Source: Octopus vulgaris (lineage: Eukaryota). From it: a stretch of DNA of 64,000 nt. Both the position numbers and the translations under genes were made by a program. Below, piece by piece: positions 43,941 to 59,565 of this stretch. Each line of letters opens with the position of its first letter. The first letter of the stretch is position 1. The notes under the pieces are model-generated. The model made no database searches, was not told the origin of the DNA, and saw only the letters and a list, made by a program, of their open reading frames with translations. The DNA is taken from contig OX597818.1 of assembly GCA_951406725.2 (NCBI GenBank), positions 58,156,001 to 58,220,000 of the forward strand, read 5' to 3'.

Positions 43941-44209
43941 ATAGGTAAAATTTTTGTTCCCTAATGAGATAAAAAAAACAAAGCTGTGTAGATTTTTGAA
44001 CATTTATAAATAGAAGGTGTTACAGCTGTTTCCAGGGTATTTATTAATTATATCCCTTAATCGGAGACGGTGTGAGGAGATGGTTAAGCAATAATTAATT
44101 TAGATAAGATACAAAATAGAGAGTGAGGTGGAAGAATGAAAATAGATGTGAGATATGCAGAAATATTGTATTTGTAGATCCATTATTTTGGCATACATAC
44201 ATACATACA

Positions 44210-44288
<79 letters not shown>

Positions 44289-44750
44289 AGAGAGAGAGAG
44301 AGAGGGGAAGAGATGTATAGAAGTTGAGTGGTTTCCAAAAGAGGTTTCTAAAATTGATTCTTTAAACTTTGCCGGGAGGTTATAGGCGTGAATTTGCAAA
44401 GATATGAAAGTAGTACTATAAAATATGGTAAATTCATAGACTGAAGTTCCATAAATCCCATCAGTTTTATGAAAATGGAGGAGATGAGTTGTTACAATTG
44501 GTAAGAAGTTTAATTCTTTCAGACAAGTGATTCGTACACAGATAAAATGATAATATAAAGTCATGATTGAATTTAATTGAATTAATTAAATATCAACGTA
44601 CTCTTCAGTACAGGGAGGAAACGCATCATAATATTATATACTATATACAAGTATACATTTATACATATATATATATATATATATATATAGATGTGTGTGT
44701 GTGTGTGTGGTTGTGCATGTGTGTATATATATGTATATTCACATATATAT

Positions 44751-44815
<65 letters not shown>

Positions 44816-44912
44816 TACATACGTTTTTTCATATATATATATATATATATTTATAAAATTTATGAATAAATGAAAGAATGGAGTTGAACGACAAATTAAC
44901 AAATTTCCTTTA

Positions 44913-44995
44913 TTTTCGACATATGTTTCGAAGGCTGCATATTCCTAATTGTGAAGGAATAAGGAGTACAGTATGCCGCTTTCTCATCAGGAAAA
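44913..44995 (-). ncRNA. Canonical type I hammerhead ribozyme
   Basis: Minus strand TTTTC-CTGATGA-GAAAGCGGCATA...(TATTCCT/AGGAATA)...TATGCAGCCTTC-GAAA-CATATG-TC-GAAAA. GUC cleavage triplet. Confidence 0.8.
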
Positions 44996-45624
44996 ATTTA
45001 TGTCAACATCAAGATTCACAAATTTTTTTTTAAAAACTAAAGGGGTGAAATATATAAATGGAAATATATTAATTAAAATTAATTAAAATATTAATTAATA
45101 TATTTTCATTTATATATTTCACCCTTTAGTTTAAAAAAAAATTTTATGCTTTCAAAGACATACTACCCAATCCATTGAGGTTTGCTTTGCCTTTGTCCCA
45201 ATACCTCGCCCTCCTCTTTCTTTTTCTCACTCTTTCCCTCTAGCTGTAGTAATCAAGCACACAGACACATATCTGCTAAAACACCACTATCTGTTTTTTT
45301 TGACATCTACACATTCACGCACACACATAGGTATTAATACAGTTACATTCATTCACTTACACAGACACTCATTCACAAAAGAATTTAACAAAACCCACCA
45401 TACATACGACCTGTTCCAAATCCCCTTACTTTTCTTAGGCCTCTCTCCCCCTACTTCGTTTAAACTCTTGAAACTTTAGAACCTTCTAGAATTTTCTACA
45501 TTCAACCAGTTTGACGTCACTCCTTATAAAGGAATATTAGAGAGACACTCATTATCGCTATGCGCTCCGTGAGAGCAGTCATCAAAAAGTTTTGTGAATC
45601 TTGATGTTGACATAAATTCCTTGT

Positions 45625-45707
45625 TTTTCCTGATGAGAAAGCGGCATAATGTACTCCTTATTCCTTCACAATTAGGAATATGCAGCCTTCGAAATATATG
45701 TCGAAAA
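45625..45707 (+). ncRNA. Type I hammerhead ribozyme (second, opposite-strand copy)
   Basis: TTTTC-CTGATGA...CTTC-GAAA-TATATG-TC-GAAAA. Confidence 0.75.
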
Positions 45708-45910
45708 TAAAGGAAATTTGTTAATTTGTCGTTCAACTCCATTCTTTCATTTATTCATAAATTTTATGAAAATACACACAAATTTCCACACGAAAACACG
45801 TAGTCTCTGCCCTAGGCACGTAACTTCAACCGTGTTATTTCTGATGTGAATTTGCTACCCAGGTAGCGGTTAAACTAATTATACATAAAAAGATATTTCA
45901 TTTTTCTACT

Positions 45911-45970
<60 letters not shown>

Positions 45971-47039
45971 ATATATGTATGCATATGTATATACACATAA
46001 ATATAATTTGTTGGAGTCTATGCATGCGGGTCCGGTCAAACGTTTTTGTATCTAGTCCTGCAAATTGTATTTCTATACGACAGACTATACTGACGAGATT
46101 GCAGATTTCCATGTATCCATATGCGTTCATATTAACAATCGAAATTGATCGGTACATAGGTAATCGTGATTATTTCGTATATTTTCATTTGTCTTGCTTA
46201 TTTTTAATACTTTGGTTTGTGCTGCGTTTTTATTTGAGAACACATTGTTCATGGAAAATAGCGATTTTGACGTCTATATCTAGCATCTTGACCGTCCACT
46301 TTTAGTGGTCAGTCCTTTAAATTTTGTATGTAAAAATATTTTTATCTTCGGAATTTTTTTAATATGCTAGGCCACTGGTTTTAATTGATTAATATCAATT
46401 TCTACCCTTACTAAATTTTACATATGTGTATATATATATATGTATATATATGTATATATATTTGTATATATATACATATATACACATATATATATGTGTG
46501 CAGCTGAGTGTTTGTGCATGTGGCAGTATATATGTTCGTATGTAATATATGTATTAATATTGTATGGATACACGAGTCTGTGTGTACATTTGTGTTTCTT
46601 TGTTTGCTTGTGTGTGTGTGTTTGAGGGAGAGAGTGTATGTGTATGTGTGTGTTGAATAAATATGCATGTCACCACTCACGAAAACATTTACAAAAATCG
46701 GAAACACCACTAGACTCAAATCTAAACACTAAATCTAAACAACGTCTCCACTAAAGTTTACAGTCACAACTACAATTGCTATATTATACATTATTCTATA
46801 TTATACAATATTCCATTGAAAGAGTCATATTTCCTGCTACTTTTAAACTACGCGTTTTTTTGGGGGGTTTTTAAGATAACTGTAGAATTATTTTCACTCT
46901 TACGGTATATTAAGTATTGTATTTCAATGTACATTAAGATGGAAACGGACAAGTAAACCGTGATGAAGATTCAACATTGTACAGTATCATATAGGACACC
47001 TTGGATGCTCTGCCTTTTGTGTTAAAAAAAACTACGCAT

Positions 47040-48462
<1,423 letters not shown>

Positions 48463-48870
48463 AATGTTAACTTTACGTTTAATCCGTTCAGGATCTTAAA
48501 CAAAGAATTAGTTTACTAGGAAGATTTTTGGCATCATTAAAATAGGAAGCAAATGTCATTGCATTGTTTACAACAGTTAGTTGCATTCTGGGTCGAATTT
48601 TGCCGAAAGCAGTCCTAGTACCTCATTTAATGCTGTAATTACAATTCAGTTCCAGGGAGTCGAAATCTAGCACTCATAGAAATTACTTCATAGCGAAACA
48701 ATGGATTAAACATTAAAGACTGATTCCATGGGAATCGTGTATCCCCTTGCTTTACGTTCTCTTCACATGATGTCTTAATATATTTGTCGTGGAAATGTTA
48801 TTATCGTATCTATACTTTATCTGGTGTTTTGTAATACAGTTGTTAAATTATTATTTCCAAGTTGTAGAAT

Positions 48871-49042
48871 AGGCGCAGGAGTGGCTGTGTGGTAAGTAGC
48901 TTGCTTTCCAACCACATGGTTCCGGGTTCAGTCCTACTGCGTGGCACCTTGGGCAAGTGCCTTCTGCTATAGCCCCGGGCCGACCAATACCTTGTGAGTG
49001 GATTTGGTAGACGGAAACTGAAAGAAGCCTGTCGTATATATG

Positions 49043-49077
<35 letters not shown>

Positions 49078-49300
49078 ATATGTCTGTGTGTCTGTGTTTG
49101 TCCCCCTATGATTGCTTGACAAACGATGCTGGCGTGTTTACGTCCCCGTCACTTAGCGGTTCGGCAAAAGAGACTGATAGAATAAGTACTGGGCTTACAA
49201 AGAATAAGTCCCGGGGTCGATTTGCTCGACTAAAGGCGGTGCTCCAGCATGGCCGCAGTCAAATGACTGAAGCAAGTAAAAGAGTAAAAGAGTAAAGAGA
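48871..49300 (+). mobile_element. Full-length SINE group C
   Basis: Same structure as 26487-26935. Confidence 0.9.
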
Positions 49301-50237
49301 GTAGATTTTCGAGAATATTTTAGTTGATGTAAAAATCATCATTTCTTAATGTTCTTCTCAAAAACTCCAATATTTCTCCGTTTCAAAGCTATGTTACTTT
49401 AGATATTTGTTATTGTTGCAGTTTATGCCGTTTATAGCCAACAGATTATTTTATTATCAAAAGAAATGATGGCAACTTTACACTATTTATTTACAGACAT
49501 TCTACAAATCGATATGCATTATTATGTTGTTTTTTTTTTGTTTTTTTTTTACTATTTCGTATTCTGTTTGCTCAATTTTCAAGAATTACTTTCAGGGTAT
49601 TTGAATACACATGCTTTTGTAAGTCAGATAACATCATGTTGAATAAAGAAGGCGATTGTCAAGTCTGAATACTTGCTAATAGTATCGAATTCGCATGTTC
49701 TTAAAAGGCGGAGTAAACGCCTGGTGCCCATTATGTTATTCCTTCATTCGGGGTATTATACATAATGGAAAGATCTCTTTGTTCCCCATTATCTCAGGTT
49801 GATTCCATTTGCAAATTACGTTAAGAGTACGCGTGACATAAAGATAATCAGAAACACCATTGTTAGGACGAATACGTAGGTAAATTAGAACTCAAACAAC
49901 AAAGCGCACATCGTCGAGATGAACAGAGATTTTCCTATCGAAAGTATTTGAAGGGACAGATCCACATTGTATAATTGTCAATTATCGTAGAAGAATCACC
50001 ATTTTCACGACGATTTCTAAATAGTTCTATTTGTATAAAACGTATCGCAACACAATATGTGAAGACCTCCTCTAACAGTCGGCATATACATACTTACTTG
50101 TGCATACTTCAAATACCGACGGGCAGAGATACATACATACATATATATATAGACATACATGCATACATATATAGACATACATGCATATATAGACATACAT
50201 ACTCTCATAGACATACATACATACATACATACATACA

Positions 50238-50273
<36 letters not shown>

Positions 50274-50295
50274 TAGACATACATGCATACATAAG

Positions 50296-50369
<74 letters not shown>

Positions 50370-50602
50370 ACTTAAACATATGGATAGATAATCAAAATAA
50401 GTAAGCAATAATTGGATATCCAAGGTAGAACTGTTGCTTATTGTTGCAAAACTTGATACAACACACCCAACAAGAACTCACTACTTGAACAAAACTTGAC
50501 TTAAACAGGTTTTGAATAATCCTGTCAGGTGGTGCTATTAAGTTAGATATGGCCTGGACCAATCTTTGGTCGAAACATATCTAAGTTATCTAAGTTATAT
50601 AT

Positions 50603-51050
50603 ATCATATAAAATCCGTTCTCCCTGTCTGTGTGTCTTCTAGGATCTCGGGCATCCTCCATCCGTTGGCGCTCAAATTTGATATGTCGATATCTACGGTA
50701 TCAGGGCGTGTATAAGTCTTGGAAAAAATTACAAATATCGATTCCAGATGAGAATGCGATCGATAAAGCCGTTTTTGTCCTCGCTTTTCTTCCGTCAACC
50801 TGTACATAACTGCACCTTCCATTTTTTGTTGCTTTTGTACTGCTTAAAGGCACGTTTCTTTCCTGCCAAGCTTACTGTATAAACCATGTTTGTGTTCTCC
50901 CAGTCAACAGCCTCATCATTACTGGTAATTTAAACACTTCGGTTGCATATTTGTTTGAATAAAATCGTTTTTCTTTGGAATAGCAAAAATAGTCTATCGT
51001 TATTTCTTCTTCTGCTGGTGTCCCAAATTTTGGTTAAATCAGTGTCTCTC
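50603..51050 (-). mobile_element. Non-autonomous repeat homologous to 14630-14922 (Helitron/HINE-like)
   Basis: Shared sequence, visible in the ORF track as KTYTRPDT..I..SNLSA.GWRMP.I.ED.QT.RTDFI in both copies. Confidence 0.5.
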
Positions 51051-51153
51051 AAAGGGGAGGCCAATGGAACGGTCGGACAAGTTGTATCGAGAAAATGTGG
51101 TAGAAATGTTTGACAACTCAGCACCGTTCATTGGAAGAGGGGTCGTTTTGCTC

Positions 51154-51229
<76 letters not shown>

Positions 51230-51644
51230 CCCAATCACACATATACATATACAAATACATATGCATATAGATATATAGAGTATACATTTAAAAACATCAG
51301 AGATGGCCATAACCGGACATCTAAACCGCTAGAAGGAGTAGTTAAACTACCAAACCACAATTAGCGGTAATTTCGAAAGGAATAAAAAATAAAATCATTT
51401 TCCATCTATTTCCCGAATCATGGTTTCAAGCAAATAAAGTAATTTGCTAGATAAAGCTCTCATCAGCAGGAAAGCCAAAGATTAGCATATTATTCCGAGT
51501 TTATTTGTTTAAATCTACACTATGTATAATGAATAATATATAGTCTCTTGACTAGTTTTTCTACACGCTAGGACATGGTGGTAAATTCTCTAAATAAAAA
51601 ATGTCTAAATAATATTTTACTACCCTGAAATTTAATAATATGCA

Positions 51645-52066
51645 TACTCTTTTACTCTTTTCTCTTTTAGTTGTTTCAGTCATTTGACTGCGGCCATGCT
51701 GGAGCACCGCCGTTAGTCGAGCAAATCGACCCCGGGACTTATTCTTTGTAAGCCCAGTACTTATTCTATCGGTCTCTTTTTGCCGAACCGCTAAGTGACG
51801 GGGACGTAAACACACCAGCATCTGTTGTCAAGCAATGCTAGGGGGAGAAACACAGACACACAAACACAGACACACATATATGTATATATACATACATATA
51901 TACGACGGGCTTCTTTCAGTTTCCGTCTACCAAATCAACTCACAAGGCATTGGTCGGCCCGGGGCTATAGCAGAAGACACTTGCTCAAGATGTCACGCAG
52001 TGGGACTGAACCCGGAACCATGTGGTTGGTTAGCAAGCTACTTACCACACAGCCACTCCTGCGCCT
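51645..52066 (-). mobile_element. Full-length SINE group C
   Basis: Near-identical to 6681-7103. Confidence 0.9.
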
Positions 52067-52309
52067 ATAGATAGATATTTATGTGTACCTGTATATCTCG
52101 AAGTTTCAAGGGGACATGGATGGAATACACAAACTAAACGTTACACAGTACTTATACACATAGAGATATACGCACACATACAAAAGAAACGTTGTGGCGA
52201 GCATGCGTCTTTGCGTATCCGCTACACTCACGATAAACCACGCTAACATGCAGTCATAGAGCATACTACAAACACATGCACACGCAGTGGGAGCAACTAT
52301 GCTTTTAAT

Positions 52310-52477
52310 TTTTTTCAAAGTTATATTTTTTCAAAGTTCCGGTCAGATAATTGGCCATGGCTATACATTTCTCCGCTACCCCTCTCCTCCTCAATGGATT
52401 TCGCTGTAAAAGGCAGGTAAAGTAAACAATCATCACGATATAGACCGCCATTAATTTTAGGGAACTGTGCTTCAAAA

Positions 52478-52478
<1 letters not shown>
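52310..52478 (-). pseudogene. Short PLE RT remnant
   Basis: Minus-strand peptide [14 protein letters not shown] resembles the GLYRDDGL catalytic motif of a PLE subgroup. Abuts (TA)n. Confidence 0.5.
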
Positions 52479-52572
<94 letters not shown>

Positions 52573-52628
52573 AATATATATATATGCATATGTATATAAG
52601 TATATATATATATATATATATAGATATG

Positions 52629-52676
<48 letters not shown>

Positions 52677-52712
52677 TATGTATATATGTATATAAATATA
52701 TATATATATATG

Positions 52713-52785
<73 letters not shown>

Positions 52786-52903
52786 CCCCCCCCACCATCG
52801 GATTAAAAAGTGTATACAGCTCATTTGAGCACTACTATTCCAGTCTGTTATGTATTATGAGCGTTATTGTTACTAAGATCTCAAGATATAACTTTATTAT
52901 TTG

Positions 52904-52951
<48 letters not shown>

Positions 52952-53223
52952 TATATATACATAAATATACCCATATACAAACAATAGGGAGATTTTTTTG
53001 TTTCACTTTTAACACGTAATACTGAAATAATGGAGAAGATATGATATTGCTGTGGGCTCGCTCTAGGCAAGACATTAAACATGTTTTTACCCATGACACT
53101 ATATGGACACTAAGTAAGGCATGTATAAAATTTCAATGAAATTGGTTGTGTAGTTCTCAAGTTTTAGGGAAACACACAGACAGACAGACACACATTCTCA
53201 GCTTTATATATATAGAGATACAT

Positions 53224-53262
<39 letters not shown>

Positions 53263-53472
53263 CATATATATACACATATATATAAATATATACACACATA
53301 TATATATATACATATATACATATATATATATAGATATACATACATATATACACACATATATACATATATACGCACACATATATCTATATACACACACATA
53401 TATATTTACACACACACATATATATATATATATATATTATATACACATATATATATATACATATATATATAC

Positions 53473-53530
<58 letters not shown>

Positions 53531-53586
53531 TATATTTACACATATATATATATATACACACATATATATATATACACATATATACA

Positions 53587-53662
<76 letters not shown>

Positions 53663-54888
53663 CATGTATCCATTTATGTATGGATCTGTGTGTTACATAA
53701 GTGAGCGTGGGTGCACACAATGAATACGTTTTTTTTTTTTTCATGCTTTGTGTACAAATCGCTGACGCCACATAATGCATCAGCGTGTGTTTTATTCAGC
53801 TTACCTTATGAAAAAGACGATGTTATTCAATGTCTTCGGAAACAATTCTATCGTTATCGCTTTCGGCGTAAGCCCTCTCCATGTTGTGTAATGCAGTTCT
53901 GAAATATAATCAATAAATATATTAATTCCCAGACGTATACGTAAATAAAATCATACAGTTATAAATATTGCTGGAGACGATGTTTAAGTTTGAGATTGGA
54001 TGAGATTCAAAGTGATCCTAAAGAACTGAATATCAGCGAAGGAGTGAGGATGTAAAAAATTTTTAGAAAAACTGCCCACGTGCTTCGAGATTTATTATTA
54101 ATATACATATTATTATTTATTATAAGTGTGTATAAAAGACACTGGAAAAGACATTTCACTATATCACTGCCAATAAAATCGTATTATAGAAATGCTTTAG
54201 TAGTGCTTATTTAAAAAAAAGTTAAACGTGGTTTATACTGTCTCAAAATATATTTGGAATTTCGCAGACCAAATCTCATAAAGGATAAAATGCCATAAAG
54301 GAAGATTCATTAAATCTTCAAACATAAAATCACGTGAGACATATATCGTTGCCTATTTTCTATTTACGGTTATTCAGTGAATTGCCTTTCATCGTCTCGG
54401 TGTCGATTAAATAAGTACCAGTTACGTACTGAGGGCGATAGAATCGACTTAATCCCTTTGTCTGTCTCTGTTTGTCCCCTCTATGTTTACCCCCCCCCTG
54501 TGGGCAATGAAGAAATAACTACACTGAATTGTATTGTCATAAGTGCGTGTGTAGTGTGAGTAGCAGTGGTGTATGTACATGTGAGTGTATATCTAAGTGT
54601 GATGGTGAAACGGACCCGCGGTCGTGAGTGTTTATGGATCGAAACCACCTAAAAGTCCATGAGGCTCCGGCAGGAGATGTTGGCGAAACCTGTTGTACTC
54701 TTTCACCGCAACTTTCTTCCACTCCTTCTTTCTGTTTTTGTTGTGCCTTTATACTCCGGATGGTGCTAAAAAAATAAGGGGTGTTACCTTAGTTCACTGG
54801 TAGTGAACAGATGACACTGAATTACATCTCCAGCGACAGAAGCTGTCCAAATGCAATGATGATGATAATAATAATATTAATAATAATG

Positions 54889-54976
<88 letters not shown>

Positions 54977-54990
54977 TAATAATAATAATA

Positions 54991-55547
54991 AATGCCCTGA
55001 TGCAGTACCAGGCAGTGGCTCTCGTGGCTTCTGACCTTAACTAATTGAAAGTATTATCATGTACATTGTTTTGTCTTGGTATTAAAAGATGGGCTACAGC
55101 AAATATTCTGCTCAATACCACAGATTTGTTTGTCATTTGTTTGACCTTAACCGGTTGAGCATGTCCCTTAGTGGCTGACGATAGGTGCATCTCTGATCAC
55201 GAGCAGAAGTAGTTGGGGAGCATCATAACCGTGTGTTGAGAGGGATTCTTTGGGTTTTAATAATTCACCTCTGGAAACGTGGGTGTTTTGTTCAACATCC
55301 TTAAACAACCCTTATTCAGGGACCTTTTGAGCGGGATGAGCTACTCAACCTGAAGAAAATTCTAACTGGGCCCCTCCTGCAAGGTCATGTGCTGTTTATC
55401 TTGATATGAGATCACCATGTCGCGCACATATGGTTGTGATGCATGTGCCTGGTGTACCTTTATCAGACGGGTAGTCATGATGGGTATATTGGGCTTCGTA
55501 TATTTTACCCCAGTGTCACTTTGATGGCATGCACTGCTCTCTCACTC
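54991..55547 (-). mobile_element. ~555-bp non-coding element inserted within a (TAA)n array
   Basis: GC-richer island with (TAA)n on both sides and no ORF. Orientation is inferred. Confidence 0.55.
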
Positions 55548-55959
55548 AATAATAATAATAATAGTAATAATAATAATAATGATAATAATAATAAATGAGA
55601 ATAATAAATAATGATAATAAATAAGTAAATAAAGAGTCAGAAATGTCAGGTATTATTACACTGTATGGTAACGATATGGATAACATGGAACCTATTAATG
55701 AATAAAAGAATAAAATTCCTTACAAGATATACTGCTGAGAAATAGCTTATATTTGAACTGAAATCCAAATGTGTACACATACATTATACATTCATACATA
55801 CATACGTACACACACACACACACACATACACATACATAATACATGCACACATACACAATACATGCACACATACACAATACATACACACACACACATATAT
55901 ATATATACGTACCTAGATATACATATATGCGTGTATCTCTTTAACTTATTTAAGCTTTA

Positions 55960-56350
55960 AAGCTACGGCCATGCTGGGGCACGAGCGGAGTCTTTATTAC
56001 ATCTTCACTATTTCAAATCTTCGCTGATATGTGATTTTACTGATTGAGGAAATTTGATTGATGCTGCGGACCCACAATGAGGTAGACTCCTCTGGATCCC
56101 TTGATAGAAGGGGATCTAGTTATTGTTTGAAGACACTTCCAGTCACACCATGCAGGTCAATCATATTGCAGGGCTGTGAGCCTTTGAAACCGATGCTGTT
56201 TCAGTATGTGGCCCTGTATTTTGATGAAGATTGAGGGAAATTTACTACTATGCAGCGGTGACCCTTTCTGATGTTTGTTTATCTTTCAATGCCAAAGTTT
56301 GTTACAAGTCCTTCAGGATTTTCCGGATGTATATCACCTCATATCTTTCC
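55960..56350 (-). mobile_element. Decayed CR1-group LINE 3' fragment
   Basis: Minus-strand ERYEVIYIRKILKDL, NSIGFKGSQ, DLHGVT and tail GTGCCCCAGCATGGCCGTAGC. Confidence 0.75.
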
Positions 56351-56352
56351 CA

Positions 56353-56720
56353 GGAGGCGCAATGGCCCAGTGGCTAGAGCAGCGGACTCGCGGTTTCGAT
56401 TCCCAGACCGGGCGTTGTGAGTGTTTATTGAGCGAAAACACCTAAAAGCTCCACGAGGCTCCGGCAAGGGATGGTGGTGATCCCTGCTGTACTCTTTCAC
56501 CACAACTTTCTCTCACTCTTACTTCCTGTTTCTGTTGTACCTTTATTTCAAGGGCCGGCCTTGTCACTCTCTGTGTCACGTTGAATATCCCCGAGAACTA
56601 CGTTAAGGGTACACGTGTCTGTGGAGTGCTCAGGCACTTACACGTTAATTTCACGAGCAGGCTGTTCCATTGATCGGATCAACCGGAACCCTCATCGTCG
56701 TAACCGACAGAGTGCTTCCA
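56353..56720 (+). mobile_element. SINE group A (tail type 1)
   Basis: Near-identical to the reverse complement of 37389-37770. Confidence 0.9.
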
Positions 56721-57081
56721 TAACTTTCCCACCATATATACATAACGTTGTTAATTTGCAAAAATGGCGTATGTCTAAAACGTTGCTTTTCCAAAAAGAG
56801 AAAAAAATAGTTTCAAAGTTCCATTTATTTTCTTTCTTTTCAATCAAAAATATTTTTGCAAAACTGTCGTATACGTGACTTACTACAGGTTTGAAACATG
56901 CTAAACCATTATACTACTCGTTGACTGGCAGAACCGTCTATTGCCGGTTAAATTAAATATGGAAAACAAAAACTCACTTGGCCAATTCTGGACACGTAGG
57001 GCAGTTTAACGTTTTCAACCATATATATATATATATATATATAAATACACATACGCACAAACGCACACGCACACACACACG

Positions 57082-57147
<66 letters not shown>

Positions 57148-57162
57148 TATACACACATATAT

Positions 57163-57328
57163 ACGACGTGCTTCTTTCATTTTCCGTCTACGAAATCCAA
57201 GCACAAGGCATTGGTCGGCCCGAGGCTAGAGTAGAAGACACCTGCCCAAGGTGCCACGCAGTGGGACTGAACCCGGAACCATGTGGTCGGTCAGCAACCT
57301 TCTTACCACACAGTCACTCCTGCACCAT
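57163..57328 (-). mobile_element. SINE group C 5' half
   Basis: Head plus CORE-like part ending at a microsatellite. Confidence 0.8.
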
Positions 57329-57341
57329 ATACATACATACA

Positions 57342-57449
<108 letters not shown>

Positions 57450-57646
57450 TGTATGTTTGTGTGTGTGTATGTATGCATATATGAATGCACACAAAGATTA
57501 AGAGTGTATCGCAGTATAATAAATATGTTACAATGCAATCGTAACTCTATTGTACTCTAATTGAAAGGAATATTAGCACAGACTATTTTATATTCTCAAA
57601 CAATTCCAGGCTTGTAATTTTTCACTTCATTCATTTACATACACAA

Positions 57647-57688
<42 letters not shown>

Positions 57689-57718
57689 TACAGACACACA
57701 AAACGCACATACATATCC

Positions 57719-57773
<55 letters not shown>

Positions 57774-57834
57774 TATATACATGTATATATATATAGTATA
57801 TATATATATATATATATATATGTTTATATAAATG

Positions 57835-57913
<79 letters not shown>

Positions 57914-59256
57914 TTATTATAGCAACATATCAAAGAGAGCATAAAGGAATCTAAGTTGATAGTAACTAGTATCATTCCATTTTCCTCTATATTTGGAGAA
58001 TGCAATATTTGAATCGGAAATAACCGGAAAAACTTACTAAATATGTAATCCAATATGTTTGATTCGACGAATTCAGTGATATCCTTTTCACATTCTTATT
58101 GATATATCTACTGTAACTTTGAAATTATTATAATATGCAAATAATTCACACATTTCATATAATCTCGTATATTTACAATTGTTACAGACGGTGCTGTATA
58201 TAATCTTTTGAAGTGAATACTATATTCCGGCATTAACTGCTTAGTAAACTCAATTGAATGATTTCAACTCAAAGTCTTTCATTTATTTTTTATTTGTTCT
58301 TGTGTAGAAATATATAGCATATATTTTCTGAAGTTCTCAGAATCAATATATATTCCTATAATATAGATACGTCTGCTATCGATAAATGATTGATATATAA
58401 TTGAAATTATAAACTATATTCCAGAGCAAATCATATATGTAATCATCAATAAGTGATATTGACGTTCATTCAATCTTTGGGGTGCTATTTAGAATATTAA
58501 ATTAATAGCATATTCTATTTCGAAATGACATGCAGATTTCTCCGAATTCGCGCATTGCTACCCAAGAACAAAAGCAATAGAGCATCGGCAAATTAAATAC
58601 TAGATATAGGAAATATTCATCAAAAGTGATTTTTTTTATACCCATATGTCTAGTTATTAGAAATATCTATCAAAATTGGGAAATTTATTTCTGATATAGA
58701 AATTGATATACGAAATAGTTGCCCAAATTGGACAGTAATTTTTTTTTTTTTTAAGTAGAATGTCTTTGAATTAGTTCTTCTGTAGCAGAGCCGAATGTTG
58801 TAAAAGTAAAGGGCTTGATTTTTATCGTTATCATAAATGACTGCTGTGATTTATATCTTCTCGCATGTGAAAAACAGTCGAGTAATAGTCTCCATCCATC
58901 AAAATTTAATACGAAACACTAAATGTACTAGTTTCAATCCCGTGACTGAATGTACCAGTGAACTCATGTAGAGGGCGAAATGTTTCTAAATTCCTACAAA
59001 CAGATGAATCATGTAAATCGATTAACTGCTTAATGAATTATCGAAGAAAAAGGGACGAATATGCTGTTTTGGAAATCACTGCTTTATATTCACAGAAACC
59101 TCACCCGTAGCTGTATAACATTTAATATATGTGGTCTTGTGACCGAAGAATGTTACGGATTTAGGAAAGTAAGTTTGCAAAGGAGACGTTTGTTTATAAA
59201 ATCAAAGAAAGCTTGTCAATGAGCAGAGAATTAATTCTGCATATAATGAAGTGGGT

Positions 59257-59565
59257 GGAGGCGCAATGGCCCAGTGGTTAGGGGAGCGGACTCGCAGTTG
59301 TAGGATCGCGGTTTCGATTCCCAGGTCGGGCGTTGTGAGTCTTTATTGAGCGAAAACACCTAAAGCTCTAAGAGGCTCCGGCAGGGGATGGTGGCGATCC
59401 CTGCTGTACTCTTCCACCACAACTTTCTCTCACTCTTTCTTCTGTTGGCCTGCTCGCTTAGCCAGCGGGGTGGCGTCATGCGAAGGGTAAAACAATGCGA
59501 AGCGCATTGTGACCAGCGATGTGTAGCAACATCTGATGGCCTGGTCGGTCACGGTGATCACAGTG
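59257..59565 (+). mobile_element. SINE group A (tail type 2), full length
   Basis: Same head as 56353 with a different 3' ~130 bp. Confidence 0.88.

Larger units (their letters stand above)
29928..44185 (+). repeat. Tandem segmental duplication: copy 1 ~29928-35675, copy 2 ~35688-44185
   Basis: Collinear blocks 29930-30271/35690-36023, 30272-31790/36361-38060, 35205-35590/41413-41810 and 35595-35675/44100-44185. Confidence 0.88.
44853..45910 (+). mobile_element. PLE-like 3'/pLTR remnant with inverted 5' copy and nested palindrome
   Basis: 44853-45022 is inverted at 45591-45767. Inner hairpin 45023-45140. (TA)n on both sides. Confidence 0.75.

Noticed and set aside
49591-49880. Two exon-like segments with strong splice sites
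   Set aside because: Their phases do not join without a stop, and such signals arise by chance in AT-rich DNA.
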